From Selaginella moellendorffii (lineage: Eukaryota > Plantae > Lycopodiophyta): a DNA stretch of 64,000 nucleotides. Within the stretch, counting starts at the first letter, position 1. Every line of letters starts with the position of its first letter. Location: the NCBI RefSeq assembly GCF_000143415.4, contig NW_003314263.1, positions 3,354,956 through 3,418,955 on the forward strand, given 5' to 3'. A model generated the notes under the pieces. It was given only the letters and a program-made list of their open reading frames with translations, did not search any database and was not told the DNA's origin. Shown piece after piece: positions 49,483-61,099 of the stretch. The position numbers were made by a program, and so were the translations under genes.

Positions 49483-50910
49483 ATGGCAATGGCAGGGGGG
49501 TATTTCTCCCATCTCGGTTCTCTCATGGGCTTCATCATGATCCTCAACCAGATAGTTCCGCGCCACGTCTGGTTCCTTCTGGAGCTCAAGCTCAAGAGGT
49601 TTGTCACTTTGCTATGGTGGGAGACAGAGCTCTCAATCCCAGAGTACGTCCGCAACAACACCAACGAGATCTACGACCTGGTCGACCTCTACGTTGCTCA
49701 CCTCACCGACACCAACACCAAGAGCTCGGCAAACAGGATCCAGTTCACGCGAGTGAAGAACGCCAGCAAGCCGAATTGCAACCTCACCAGGGGCGAGCGA
49801 GTGGAGGACAAGTTCAAAGGCGTCACATTCTCCTGGGTCTTCAACGTCACCGAGCCCTCCAACGGCGGAGGCTTCAGCTATTTTGATCGAAGTGGAGGAA
49901 CACAGCGAGAGTACGTTGTCCAAGTTCACAGGAGGCACAAGTATACACTCTTGCCCGAGTACATGAGGGAAGTGATCAAGCTCGGAGAGAGCTTGAAGCA
50001 CCAGAACCAAGACCGGCAGCTCTACACCAACATAGGAAGCTCGGACGACTACAGGAACCAGCCGTGGAGATCGGTGCCTTTCAAGCATGCCTCGACGTTC
50101 TCGAGCCTGGCGCTGGATCCCGAGCTCAAGAACAAGATCGTCCAGGACCTGGATTCCTTCATGGCTGGTAAGGATTTCTTTGAGAGAGTTGGGAGGGCTT
50201 GGAAGCGCGGGTATCTCTTATACGGGCCTCCGGGGACTGGGAAGTCGTCACTCATCGCTGCCATAGCAAACTACACGCAGTACGATGTCTATGACATGGA
50301 GCTGACGGAGGTGAAGAGCAATGCCGACTTGAGGAAGCTGCTCATGGGGATTTCCAACAAGGCGATCATCGTGATCGAGGACATTGACTGCTCGCTGGAG
50401 CTCAAGAAGAGGGGAAAGCCAGCGCCGGAGGAAGAAACCAGTGAAGAGTCCAAGGAGAAAGATGGAGCGTTGCCAGGGAAGCAAGCCAAGAAGAAAGATG
50501 AAGAGAGCAGCAGGGTCACACTCTCGGGGCTACTGAATTTCATCGATGGGCTGTGGTCTTGTAGCGGGAGCGAGAGGATCATCATCTTTACGACAAATCA
50601 CAAGGAAGATCTGGATCCCGCACTGCTGCGGTCGGGCAGGATGGACCTTCACATTTTCATGGGCTACTGTGGATTTGAGGCGTTCAAGGTGCTGGCGTGG
50701 ACTCACCTTGAGATCTCGCAGCACGGCGAGTTTGAGAAAGAGTTTGGAGAGATCGAGGAGCTGATCGCCAAGGTTGAGATCACTCCTGCTGATATCGCGG
50801 AGGCGTTGATCCAGAACAGGGGGAACTCGAGAGGGGCTCTAGAGAAAGTGATTGAGGCTCTTCGGGATCGAATGGAGCAGGGTGCGAAGAAAGAGGGAGA
50901 AGAGGGGTAA
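49483..50910 (+). CDS. BCS1-clade plant AAA-ATPase (ASD/OM66-like), intronless
   Basis: FKHASTF..LA; GRAWKRGYLLYGPPGTGKSS; IIVIEDIDC; TLSGLLNFIDGLWS; LDPALLRSGRMD. Confidence 0.95.
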   Translation: MAMAGGYFSHLGSLMGFIMILNQIVPRHVWFLLELKLKRFVTLLWWETELSIPEYVRNNTNEIYDLVDLYVAHLTDTNTKSSANRIQFTRVKNASKPNCNLTRGERVEDKFKGVTFSWVFNVTEPSNGGGFSYFDRSGGTQREYVVQVHRRHKYTLLPEYMREVIKLGESLKHQNQDRQLYTNIGSSDDYRNQPWRSVPFKHASTFSSLALDPELKNKIVQDLDSFMAGKDFFERVGRAWKRGYLLYGPPGTGKSSLIAAIANYTQYDVYDMELTEVKSNADLRKLLMGISNKAIIVIEDIDCSLELKKRGKPAPEEETSEESKEKDGALPGKQAKKKDEESSRVTLSGLLNFIDGLWSCSGSERIIIFTTNHKEDLDPALLRSGRMDLHIFMGYCGFEAFKVLAWTHLEISQHGEFEKEFGEIEELIAKVEITPADIAEALIQNRGNSRGALEKVIEALRDRMEQGAKKEGEEG

Positions 50911-50999
50911 AAATAAAATACCTTAAACGTTGCACTAATCGTAATTAAACCAACATTTAACTATGTTTTTTGTTGTTTTAAAAAGGATTATGAGGTAGA

Positions 51000-51250
51000 T
51001 CGGTCAATTGAGATTGAGTCCCAGATGGATCGTTGGCTATGCGATGCGTTTGCAATGAGGAGGAGAACTCTTCGTGGAGGAAGTTGGTGGTCACTGTGGC
51101 TCATTTGACCGCTGAGGACACCGACATGGAGGCTCAGTATGAGAGCTTGATGATTGCGTAAATTCTTCCATGCTGCTGTTGCGGGATTCTTCCATAGCGC
51201 CAAACTGTGATCACAATGCAAACCACCGATGAGATTAGGAACTGGTACTG
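51000..51250 (+). pseudogene. RING E3 ligase relic
   Basis: TCTTCGTGGAGGAAGT...CACTGTGGC.CATTTG.CCGCT...CGACATGGAGGCTCAGT matches 55210-55295. Confidence 0.75.
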
Positions 51251-51288
51251 TTGCATAGCTTACTGATTTGTAGAGATCTTCATTGTTA

Positions 51289-51554
51289 CTAGTGTGGGCA
51301 TGGTTGTTTTGGAGAGAGGTATAGTTCTCGGAAGTCGTTAGCTCTCTCGTTGAAAATGGGCCTCAGGGTCCTCAACGGAGATCCCAGATCAGTAGCGGAA
51401 AGATAAACTCCATAACCAAAATGCACGTTTTGGGCAGCGACTACACACACATTCATATATATGACATCAAAGATGGACTCAAAAGACAATAGATGATACC
51501 TGCAGAAGCGTAGAGAACAAAAAGAACAAAGAAGAAAACTCCTGAAGAAGCCAT
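51289..51554 (-). CDS. Putative small secreted peptide precursor (~68 aa, 2 exons)
   Basis: MASSGVFFFVLFVLYASA|VAAQ.. signal peptide; 59-nt GT-AG intron (51499-51441) joins in frame; ends YLSPKQPCPH*. Confidence 0.6.
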
Positions 51555-51879
51555 TCTTGTGTGTTGCTTGAAGATTTTACCCTGGGTTCTAAAGCAGCCC
51601 AGGATTTCAAACTGCCATATGTTGTTTACAGACATAAGAAAAACGTGTGGTACGATGTGATAGCAATGGGTTAGTGCTCAATTTCATAACATATACTCTC
51701 CATTATGAAGCTTTCAGACAAGGGTGAAACATGAGGCTAAAAAGCCATCCGGTCCGTGGAACAGTGCCGGAGTTATAAACTGTTACAAACAAGCTTGCTG
51801 CAACAATACAGACCTTTATTGAAATTTAAAGAAAAGGAAAAGAAAAAAGTAAGAATAATAATAAAATTCTTTCTTAAAG

Positions 51880-51953
51880 TGGGGTGAGATGCTCGAACTC
51901 TCGACCTCAGGATTTCTAAGGAGCTAAGCGCTGACCAAATGAGCCACCATCTC
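51880..51953 (-). pseudogene. tRNA-Met pseudogene
   Basis: Minus strand GAGATGGTGGCTCATTTGGTCAGCGC...AAATCCTGAGGTCGAGAGTTCGAGCATCTCACCCCA; anticodon arm destroyed. Confidence 0.75.
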
Positions 51954-52048
51954 TTACATCTTATTCAATCAGTAAACTCTCTTAATGATCGACATAGCAC
52001 ATTTCTCGGTTTTGTTCGTTAGGCTTTGATGTCCAAAACCCTCTTAGG

Positions 52049-54513
52049 ATGAGCGACTTGTGGCTCTTTCTCTCGAATGGATCGCTTCGTCAGTGCCCAG
52101 GTAAGAAGAAATAGAAATGGGGGGAAAAGCTTACATTCTTGTGTAGGCTGCTTGTTTCTCGGTAGGAAGGCCTCCCTCTCAAGTGGGCTTTTAGTTTCCG
52201 GCAAACGAAGTGCCCAGCTATGCTGGAAACGAAGACTCTCGCAAAGGATTCGTGCTACGTCTTTGTTTGAGCTCAACGAGAATGACTCCAAAGGTTTTTC
52301 TTCTTTCTCTTTGTTCGTTTCTTCTCGAGATTGTTTTCTTCTCAGGTGGTGGTGGTAACTTTTTGAAGCTAGCGGGAGTGATTGGAAGTGCTACTGCTCT
52401 TAGCAAAGTCTTGGTAAGTCTTGTTGTATCCCTCTCGTGTTAAAAATGTTTTTCATTCTTTGCAAGACTTTTGAGTTTTTTCTTTTCACCCCTTTGCAGG
52501 GATTACTTCGTGAGCTTGTTCTTGCTGCTGTATTTGGTGTTGGTCCTGTTGTAGATGCGTTCGGGTATGCATCGAGTTCATGGTTCTCTTTGCTCAGTTC
52601 GAAATTTTGTAGATATGCGTCCATTGTACCAGGATTTTTTCTGACAATCCTTGGAGGTATATAGTTTCTAGCTGAATCATCAAGAAAAACTCACCGTTAA
52701 TTCTGACAGGAATCAATGGACCAATCCACATAGCAATGGTATCGGCCTTAAGGTATGTTTCGAGTTTCTTTAAGTTCATTGTTTTCATTTTTTTTCTTCC
52801 TCTTTTGGTCTCGTAGCAAGATCTCTGAAGAAGACAGAAAACGAGAACTCATTGGAAGAACTTCGCATGCCATGTTTGTGGTAAATGAAAACAAGTATTT
52901 GTTTTTCCCCTACTTTGACACCATCCTCTTTTTTATCAGATATCTTTGAGCCTTGGCATTCTCATGTACACATTAGCGGCTTTTCTTATTGATGCAATCG
53001 CACCAGGGTAAGTTTTCAGCATTCCTTTCTGTCGTAGAATCTCAAAAGCTTTCCAAACAGATTGTTATTGAAAACAAGCGGTGGATTGATCACGAGAAGC
53101 ATGGCTATACTTCAGGTAGCTTCGGAAGAAGAAAAACTCTCAAGTTGCAAAAACCATCCTCTTGATCCAGCTGAGAATCATGGCGCCTTGTGCAACACTC
53201 GCGTGCTTGATGGGAATTGGCTATGGAAGTTTGAGGTACCAAGCTTTTACGTCCAGTTTGTAGCCAAACTTCGTGTGCAGTGCCTCGGGAAGATACGGGA
53301 TTGCATCCTTGAGTCCTGCTCTATCAAGCATATCGATCATTCTCGCTGTAAGTTTTGGTTACAAGACAAGAGATTCGTGTAGTCTTGACTGTATTCTTGG
53401 CTCCATGCAGGCTGCGATTCACTGCAAGCTTTGCGATCCTTTGAACTTAATGAATGGTTTGCTGCATTGCCTTGAGCTTTAAAGTCGATTCATACAAAAG
53501 CTTCGTTTTTGGTACTTGACAGGAGGTGTTTTACTCGCTTTGGCCTCGACAGTGGGAGCCTTGGCTCAATGGCTTTTGCAGGTTGGTATCAACTCTTTCG
53601 ATAGTTCTCGCGTTTAAGCTTTTCTTTTGGATCAATCAGATCTTTGCTCAAGATGATCGAGGTCGTGTAGTTTTGAGATGGGAAAATCCTTTTGCAGACA
53701 AAGATGTCAAGGAGGTATGAAGTTTTATTTTTGCTATGTAGTCTTTCATGTCTTCGCTCTCAGGTGTTGTTACTTATGATGCCTGCGACCATATCCTCCG
53801 GAATGCTTCAGCTCGCTACTTACACAGACCTTTACTTTGCATCATACTTTCCAAACGCTGCTGCAGCTCTCGGATGTAAGCTCGCGAAAAACAAACATCA
53901 AAACTTTGAGATCTTCTAACGAAACTTCTACCAGATGCAAATCTTCTCGTCATGGCTCCCTTGGGAATCATCTCCAGCGCGGTCCTGTTACCACTCGTTC
54001 CAGTTTTCTCCAAGCTTTCACAGGTACGCTCGTCTAGTTTTTACGTTCTCTAGAGAGACTCGAAGAAAAGCCTTCGAACTGGCCAGAACTTCGAGCTAAG
54101 ATCCACCAAGGCATCACGCTTTGCATGGCGCTCACGCTTCCAATGACCGCTCTCGCGATCCCTCTCGCAAAACCGATCGTCCGAGCTCTCTTCCAGCGCT
54201 ACGCATTCGACGACTCCGCCGCTCAAGCCGTATCATCGCTCGTCAAGCACTGTAAGTTCTCCATTTTTTCTCGTTTGGATCGCTGGTTTTCATCTTTTCT
54301 TCTTCGATCGATCTTAGATGCGTTGGGCTCTACGTTCTACTTGCTTCGCGACCTCCTTGTGCGCGTTTTCTACGGTCTCGGCGATGGCCAGGCTCCATTT
54401 TACGTGAGCTTGGCTGCCATCTTCGCGAACGCTCTCTTGGACTGGGTGCTCGTTGCAAAACTTAATCTCGGTCCCAGTGGCTTGGTATGTGGAAAATCTC
54501 TACTTGGTTCTCT

Positions 54514-54550
<37 letters not shown>

Positions 54551-54640
54551 TCTCTTGCTCTCCAGATAATGGCCACTTCGATCGTGAATCTTCTCTCCAC
54601 CGCTGCGCTCTGGCAAATCCTCTCGCGTAGAATTCAATGA
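52049..54640 (+). CDS. MurJ: Lipid II flippase MurJ/MviN, putative plastid-targeted, many exons
   Basis: ATALSKVLGLLRELVLAAVFGVGPVVDAFGYASIVPGFFLTILGGINGPIH; PATISSGMLQL..YTDLYFAS; PIVRALFQR.AFD; LVRVFYGLGD..PF; cyanobacterial-type MurJ with a Ser/Arg-rich N-extension. Confidence 0.9.
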
Positions 54641-54798
54641 AGAAGATCCACCACCGTCGATTTTTTATTCCCATCCATGCGCTACATGGCATTACCACAA
54701 GCGTCCAGCTTCCCAAGGGTTAGGGTTTTTCGCGCTATGCGCGCTCCGGCAAGGATTCCAGGTACTGGCGCTGTGTAGATCGATCGATTGCTCGAAAT

Positions 54799-56173
54799 AT
54801 GGAGTCGACGGATCACGTAGCTCCACTCCTGGGATCGAATGGAGCGATCAACGCCGATTCCTCGCGATCCTTGGCGCCAGGGCACAGGAGAGCAGTCCAT
54901 GGCGCTGCTAGGTATTTGCGGCAGGCCACAGGGCGGCGGCCGATGCGCGAGCCGTCGATGCTCGTCCGCCAGACCGCGGCGGAGCAGCTGGAGGAGCGGC
55001 AGAGCGATTGGGCCTACTCGCGGCCGGTGGTGGTCCTCGACTTGATGTGGAATCTGGCATTCGTGGTGGTAGCAGTGGCCGTGCTCGTCAATAGCAAGGA
55101 GGAGCGTCCAGAGACTCCTCTCAGGGTGTGGATCGTGGGCTATGCGGTGCAGTGCCTCGTCCATATGGTGTGCGTTTGCTCGGAGTATAGGAGGAGGAGG
55201 AGAAGGATTCTTCGTGGAGGAAGTGGTCCCGCCGAGAACACTGTGGCGCATTTGTCCGCTGGCTCGGAGTCTGAGATCGACATGGAGGCTCAGTCTAGCG
55301 AAGAAGAGAGCTTGGTTGAGCAAGTCAGGTAAGCTATTCGTAGCTCTTTCTCTTGTCTGTTCTAACTTTTTCTTTCTTTCTTTGCGAGCAGTTTATCAAA
55401 GCGACTAGAGTCTGCCAATACGATGTTTTCCTTTGTTTGGTGGGTGATTGGATTCTACTGGATCACTGCCGGTGGTCAAGCTCTCACGCAGCACTCTCCA
55501 CGTCTTTACTGGTATGGTTTTTGGTTGGTCTTTTGGAGGCTACTAACGGAGTTCTTCTTGCAGGCTTTCAGTGGTTTTTCTAGCGTTTGATGTCTTTTTT
55601 GTCGTGTTTTGCGTAGCGCTCGCATGTGTTATTGGGATTGCCGTATGCTGCTGCCTGCCGTGCATCATTGCAATATTATATGCCGTCGCGGACCAGGTGA
55701 GATCTACTGCTTTAACAGCTTTTGTATTTTTTTTTATGAGGAACTAGAAAGAAATCTTTTTCACGTTCCAGGAGGGTGCGTCGGAAGAAGACATCAATCT
55801 CATTCCCAGATTCAAGTTTCGTCGCTCTGGGTCCATCGATACATGCATTATTGAGAAAGCGGACAAAGCTCCTTCCCTCGGTGGAATCATGGCGCTGGTT
55901 GGTTCGTCGGATCCTAGCTCTGAACGAGGCTTGTCTTCGGAAGATGCGGTAAGGCAATCGTTCCTTTTCGGAAAGGACTTGACCATTTCCATGGACCAGG
56001 AATGCTGCATCTGTCTCTCTCCATATGACGATGGAGTTGAGCTCCGGGAGCTTCCTTGCAATCACCACTTCCACTGTTCTTGCATAGACAAGTGGTTGAG
56101 AATCAACGCGACATGCCCGCTATGCAAGTTCAATATCATTCACAACAGCTCGGAACGAAGAGATGACGGGTAG
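54799..56173 (+). CDS. Transmembrane RING-H2 E3 ubiquitin ligase
   Basis: [33 protein letters not shown]; [43 protein letters not shown]. Confidence 0.95.
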
Positions 56174-56635
56174 AAGTTCCTCGGTAAAGGTTTCGTTTTT
56201 CTTGGGCTTTCCACTGTATGTATGTATCCTGTTTGGTACAGTAAGAAGGTACAAATGCAGCCTTGTCTCATTTTTTGCTTTTCTACTTAGTGTTACATTT
56301 ACTGACAGTCTTTTCAACTTCAAGATTGGTTACGCAAGCTGGAGTGGTGTTTTGTGTGGACAAGGTTCCCTTTGCATCAATCTTCTCGAAGGATCTAGCA
56401 TTTGAGTAACTTGGAACGAGCTCGCATTTTCCTGGACTGGGAACAGTTCAAAGTCTCGGTCACTGACACTTACATCTTGACCCCAGTTTGGAGCTTCTTC
56501 AACAAGTTATGTGATCTTCGCTATGACTGGCAACTGAAGACATCGTGAACATGACGTAGAAACTCGCACGCCAGAATATAAAGGGGGGTGGAGGTCGGAT
56601 TTTTCTCATTCTCGCAGCAGCAGAAACAGAGCAAG

Positions 56636-58057
56636 ATGGCAGGCGGCTACTTCGCCCATCTCGGTTCTCTCATGGGCTTCATCATGATTCTCAAGCAGAT
56701 AGTTCCTTCTCACATCTGGTTCCTTCTGGAGCTCAGGCTCAGGAGGCTGGTATCCTGGCTCTGGTGGGAGACAGCGCTCTCAGTTCCCGAATACGTCCGC
56801 AACAACAGCAACGAGATCTACGACCTGGTCGACCTCTACGTCGCACATCTCACCGAGACCAACACCAAGAGCTCGGCAAACAGGATCCAGTTCACACGAG
56901 TGAAGAACGCTAGCAAGCCGAATTGCAACCTCGCCAGGGGCGAGCGAGTGGAGGACAACTTCAAAGGGGTGACATTCTCCTGGGTCTTCAACGTCACCGA
57001 GCCGTCCAACCGTGAAGGCTTCAGCTATTTTGATCGAAGTGGAGGAACACGCCGAGCGTACGTTGTCCAAGTTCACAGGAGGCACATGTATACACTCTTG
57101 CCGGAGTACATGAGGGAAGTTATCAAGCTCGGGGAGAGCTTGAAGCGACAGAACCAAGACCGGCAGCTCTACACCAACATGGCAAACTCACGCGAGTGGG
57201 TCTACAGGGACAAGCCGTGGAGATCGGTGCCTTTCAAGCATGCCTCGACTTTCTCGAGCCTGGCGCTGGATCCCGAGCTCAAGAACAAGATCATCCAGGA
57301 CCTGGACTCGTTCAAAGCTGGAAAGGATTTCTTTGAGCGGGTTGGCAGAGCTTGGAAGCGTGGGTATCTCTTGTACGGGCCTCCGGGGACTGGGAAGTCG
57401 TCACTCATCGCTGCCATTGCGAACTACACGCAGTATGATGTCTACGATATGGAGCTGACGGAGGTGCAGAGCAATGCAGACTTGAGAAAGCTGCTCATGG
57501 GGATTTCCAACAAGGCGATCATCGTGATCGAGGACATCGACTGCTCGCTGGAGCTCAAGAAGAGGGGGAAGCCGGCACCGGAGGAAGAAACCGAGGAGAA
57601 AGATGGAAAGTCCGAGAAGAAAAACAAGAAAAAGGAGCAAGAGAGCAGCAGGGTCACACTTTCGGGGCTACTGAATTTCATCGATGGGCTGTGGTCTTGT
57701 AGCGGGAGTGAGAGGATCATCATCTTCACGACCAACCACAAGGAGGATCTAGACCCTGCGTTGTTGAGGTCCGGCAGGATGGACCTCCACATTTTGATGG
57801 GCTACTGTGGATTTGAGGCGTTCAAGGTGCTGGCGTGGACTCACCTTGAAATCTCGCAACAGGAGCAGTTTGAGGAGGAGTTTGGAGAGATCGAGGAGCT
57901 GATCGCCAAGGTTGAGATCACTCCTGCTGATATCGCAGAGGTGTTGATCCAGAACAGGGGGAACTCGAGAGGGGCTCTAGAGAAAGTGATTGAGGCTCTC
58001 CAGGATCGAAAGGAGCAGGCTGCAAAGAAAGAGGAAAATGAGAACAAGCAGGAATGA
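56636..58057 (+). CDS. BCS1-clade AAA-ATPase, close paralog of 49483
   Basis: Same motifs and near-identical sequence; TATAAA at ~56577. Confidence 0.95.
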   Translation: MAGGYFAHLGSLMGFIMILKQIVPSHIWFLLELRLRRLVSWLWWETALSVPEYVRNNSNEIYDLVDLYVAHLTETNTKSSANRIQFTRVKNASKPNCNLARGERVEDNFKGVTFSWVFNVTEPSNREGFSYFDRSGGTRRAYVVQVHRRHMYTLLPEYMREVIKLGESLKRQNQDRQLYTNMANSREWVYRDKPWRSVPFKHASTFSSLALDPELKNKIIQDLDSFKAGKDFFERVGRAWKRGYLLYGPPGTGKSSLIAAIANYTQYDVYDMELTEVQSNADLRKLLMGISNKAIIVIEDIDCSLELKKRGKPAPEEETEEKDGKSEKKNKKKEQESSRVTLSGLLNFIDGLWSCSGSERIIIFTTNHKEDLDPALLRSGRMDLHILMGYCGFEAFKVLAWTHLEISQQEQFEEEFGEIEELIAKVEITPADIAEVLIQNRGNSRGALEKVIEALQDRKEQAAKKEENENKQE

Positions 58058-58750
58058 GATGTTGTGAAGTCCGTAAATAATGGCTATCATGCTCACATGA
58101 TCTTAATAGTATGAAAATGAAAGAATTGACTTGGGATTCAACGCTAGCTCCCTTGAGATTCAACGGTGACGCTTGATCAAGGCCCAACTCCGCACAAAAC
58201 GTTGGCCCACTGCCTGTCTCATCTGGAAACTCTCAAAGCATTGGGCTTGATAACTTGACAGCGGCAGTTGTAAGAAGCTAGACTAGTTTTCAAAAATAAA
58301 AACCAGAATAGCGTACTAGCTACAACAACCTTTATTTTTTATAAGGTTTTGCACTTATTATATCAACATTTCTTTCTTTAGATGTCTTTTTGTTAAAATC
58401 ATTTTAATAAAAGATAATTGTATTACATTTATAGTGAATAATATATATATATATATATCTTTGTGTGTGTGTGTGTGTATTCTAGAAAAAATGATTTCAT
58501 TCCTATTTGAGAGCTCATTGGGTAAAAGAAAAGAGATATTTATGGATCAACAACATATCAGTTTACTTATAACAATAATTGCTCTTGATATACAAGACTA
58601 AAAGCAAATTATAATATATTATGATATTATATTATTTAGTTTTATTAATAAATAAAGGTAAATCACTACAAAAAAGTTTTGAATTAATGTTTGAAATATT
58701 TTTTGAAATTTATTTGATAGCATATATCCATAGAGTATATAAAAGGTAAT

Positions 58751-58753
<3 letters not shown>

Positions 58754-58793
<40 letters not shown>
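58754..58793. repeat. (TA)n microsatellite
   Basis: Direct reading. Confidence 0.95.
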
Positions 58794-58798
<5 letters not shown>

Positions 58799-59499
58799 AT
58801 ATAGAAAGTAAAGATATTAAATATTTTTTAAAACAATAGTTTACTATTAAAAAAAATTTAGATGAAATAAAATATTTTTTAATTCATAAAACTGGTATAA
58901 AAAGTGGAGCAAATTATTTTTATTTTTCTTGCCTTCGCAAAGAAGATTTTCTTCAATCACCAAATCAAATGTATATTTTATATATACAATTCAACTGTAA
59001 TGTTCTCTATTATGAAAGATTTTAATATGAAAAACTGAAACATCAAAAAAAGGTATTGAATGTTTTCTTTATATACAAAAAGATACGAATCTTGTAATTT
59101 ATGATAGAAAATATATTGTTATATGGTCTAATAATTTATAACATTTTCATGTTGTGTAGAAAATACAAGTTATATAGCTGTATTTAACAAAAATAGACAA
59201 GCTTTTATATGGAGATCTAAACTAAAAATGAATACACTTTGAAACTAATTTATTTAAAATTATAAGTTCTTATAAGATAATTACACTACTAAATGAAAAT
59301 CTTGAAAAAGCTTTTTAGAAGTTAATTTAAATATGTTAATAAAGAGTTAATATAATGAAACAGTCAATTTTTGTGGATAATTTCCTATTAAATATTATTT
59401 TGCAATAAAAATGGATTAAAAATAACTTGACTATGAAAGCTTTGTTTTTACTTGAAAAGACAAAGTGGGGGCACCCTATAAAATTGAGGTATATGCAAA

Positions 59500-60650
59500 C
59501 CCTAACATGTATACTAAACTTTTAAAAGTAAAGTTAGATATTCTATCACAATTTAAACTCAATAATTTATCAAAGAGAAATTATCATTGATTCAAACAAA
59601 ATGATAAACAGTCAAACACACTTTGTCTACCATAGAGAACACTGGTAAGAGTCTAAAAAACACCCTCACCTCTTCTTTACCTTCTTTGGTATGAGAAACA
59701 AGACTCATTTATGTCAAAGTATATTACCATACTTGGAAAAAGTTGTGACAGTAATTGTTCATACAACTAAACATAGCATTCTTTCATAAATAAACTTTGC
59801 CTCCCCACAAGTGGGTCAAATAGTCTTGTTCCTTTGTTGATCAGGTCAATTTAGCTGAATACTGCTTCATTGTATCAATTAACAATCAAGTGGGCATGCT
59901 TGCAAGGTTGCAAGGAGCTCTAATAGGCATTTGGGTTGAGCGGATCAACTAAGAAACTTGACCACATTTTTTTCTTTCTACTTTGTAGCAATCCTCCAGA
60001 AATGTGGGAATTTGAGAGCTTATACTAAGGCTGAAGAGTAGCAACAGATTTTGAGCTTGACATTTTAAATACATGCTATGTGGATTTAACTAGGGTGTGG
60101 GGAGGTTTTTGACGAGCAATGTCATATTTGCAACTCTTAGGACCATTCTTTTTACTGCATATACTTATAGGGTTTTTGTTAACTCCAACAGAGGCAAAAG
60201 GTAATACCTTTACTGTTCCTGTATCAAATCTTTGATAAGAAGATAGTTCAAGGCTTGTTCAAGACCTGGGACTCTTTTGGTAGCCTTTATTAAATAACTT
60301 TAGCTTAATTTCACATAAAACTTTTATTTATTTAGATCCAAGAATGAATGGATTAGATTGAATCCAATCCATATTTAAGTTAGTGTTTTACTCCCAGCAG
60401 GATTTGGCAAAACACAATTGTATCATTTATTGAAGAGCTTATTAAAGATATGGGTAAACAAAGACATATGTTTGAGGTTTTCACACTCAACTGCATCACT
60501 AGAAACTGGAACTAAAACATCATGTAAACAGCAGGTTGTCCCTACAAATACTGCTTCATGTGAGTGAGGTTTTTGTTGCAGAACAACATTAAATTAACAC
60601 TAGAGCCTCTTTAAAGCTGCTACTAGTTAGATTTTTTATTTGTATTCAAA
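59500..60650 (+). mobile_element. hAT transposase relic
   Basis: ~60537-60615 reads VPTNTASCE*GF..QNNIK...RASLK, the hAT C-terminal dimerisation motif (TA.CERGFS.QN.IK...R..L); boundaries approximate. Confidence 0.5.
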
Positions 60651-61099
60651 TGACAATTTTAATTACAAACTCAACCACTAAAAAAACTTTTACTAGTCAA
60701 GTTTTTTTTTAGTAGTTGGCCAATATTAAGCCCTGGTTTGGTACGTTCCTTCACGGATTCAGGTGTTGAGCTAAAAGATCCAAGGCTTTTCATTTGAGTT
60801 TGAATTTGTTTTAATTCGTTCCAGGTTTGCAATTTGAAGATCATTGAGAAGAGTGGCTACCAAGCATTGCCATGGGTGCGTTACATCAGAACAGCGGGGC
60901 GAATACGAAGAATGATCCAACTTTTTAACTTGTCAAATAACTTTGGATATTCCCGCCAAAACCTTAGGCTTAGGTTTTCTGCCAGGACGTCCGATCTTGC
61001 TCGAAGGTCTGTTCTTCCGGAATTGCAGTTTGAACGGTTTTTAATCAGTGATTTTGAGAGTGGCGGGTCATACTCCCCATATCAACTTTCGTGAAACCG

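Noticed and set aside
23014-51953. tRNA-Met relics as a SINE family
   Set aside because: No shared 3' body, poly-A tail or TSD; two are explained by the segmental duplication.
52049-54640. MurJ as bacterial contamination or recent HGT
   Set aside because: Many spliceosomal introns, a transit-like extension and a local pseudogene copy.
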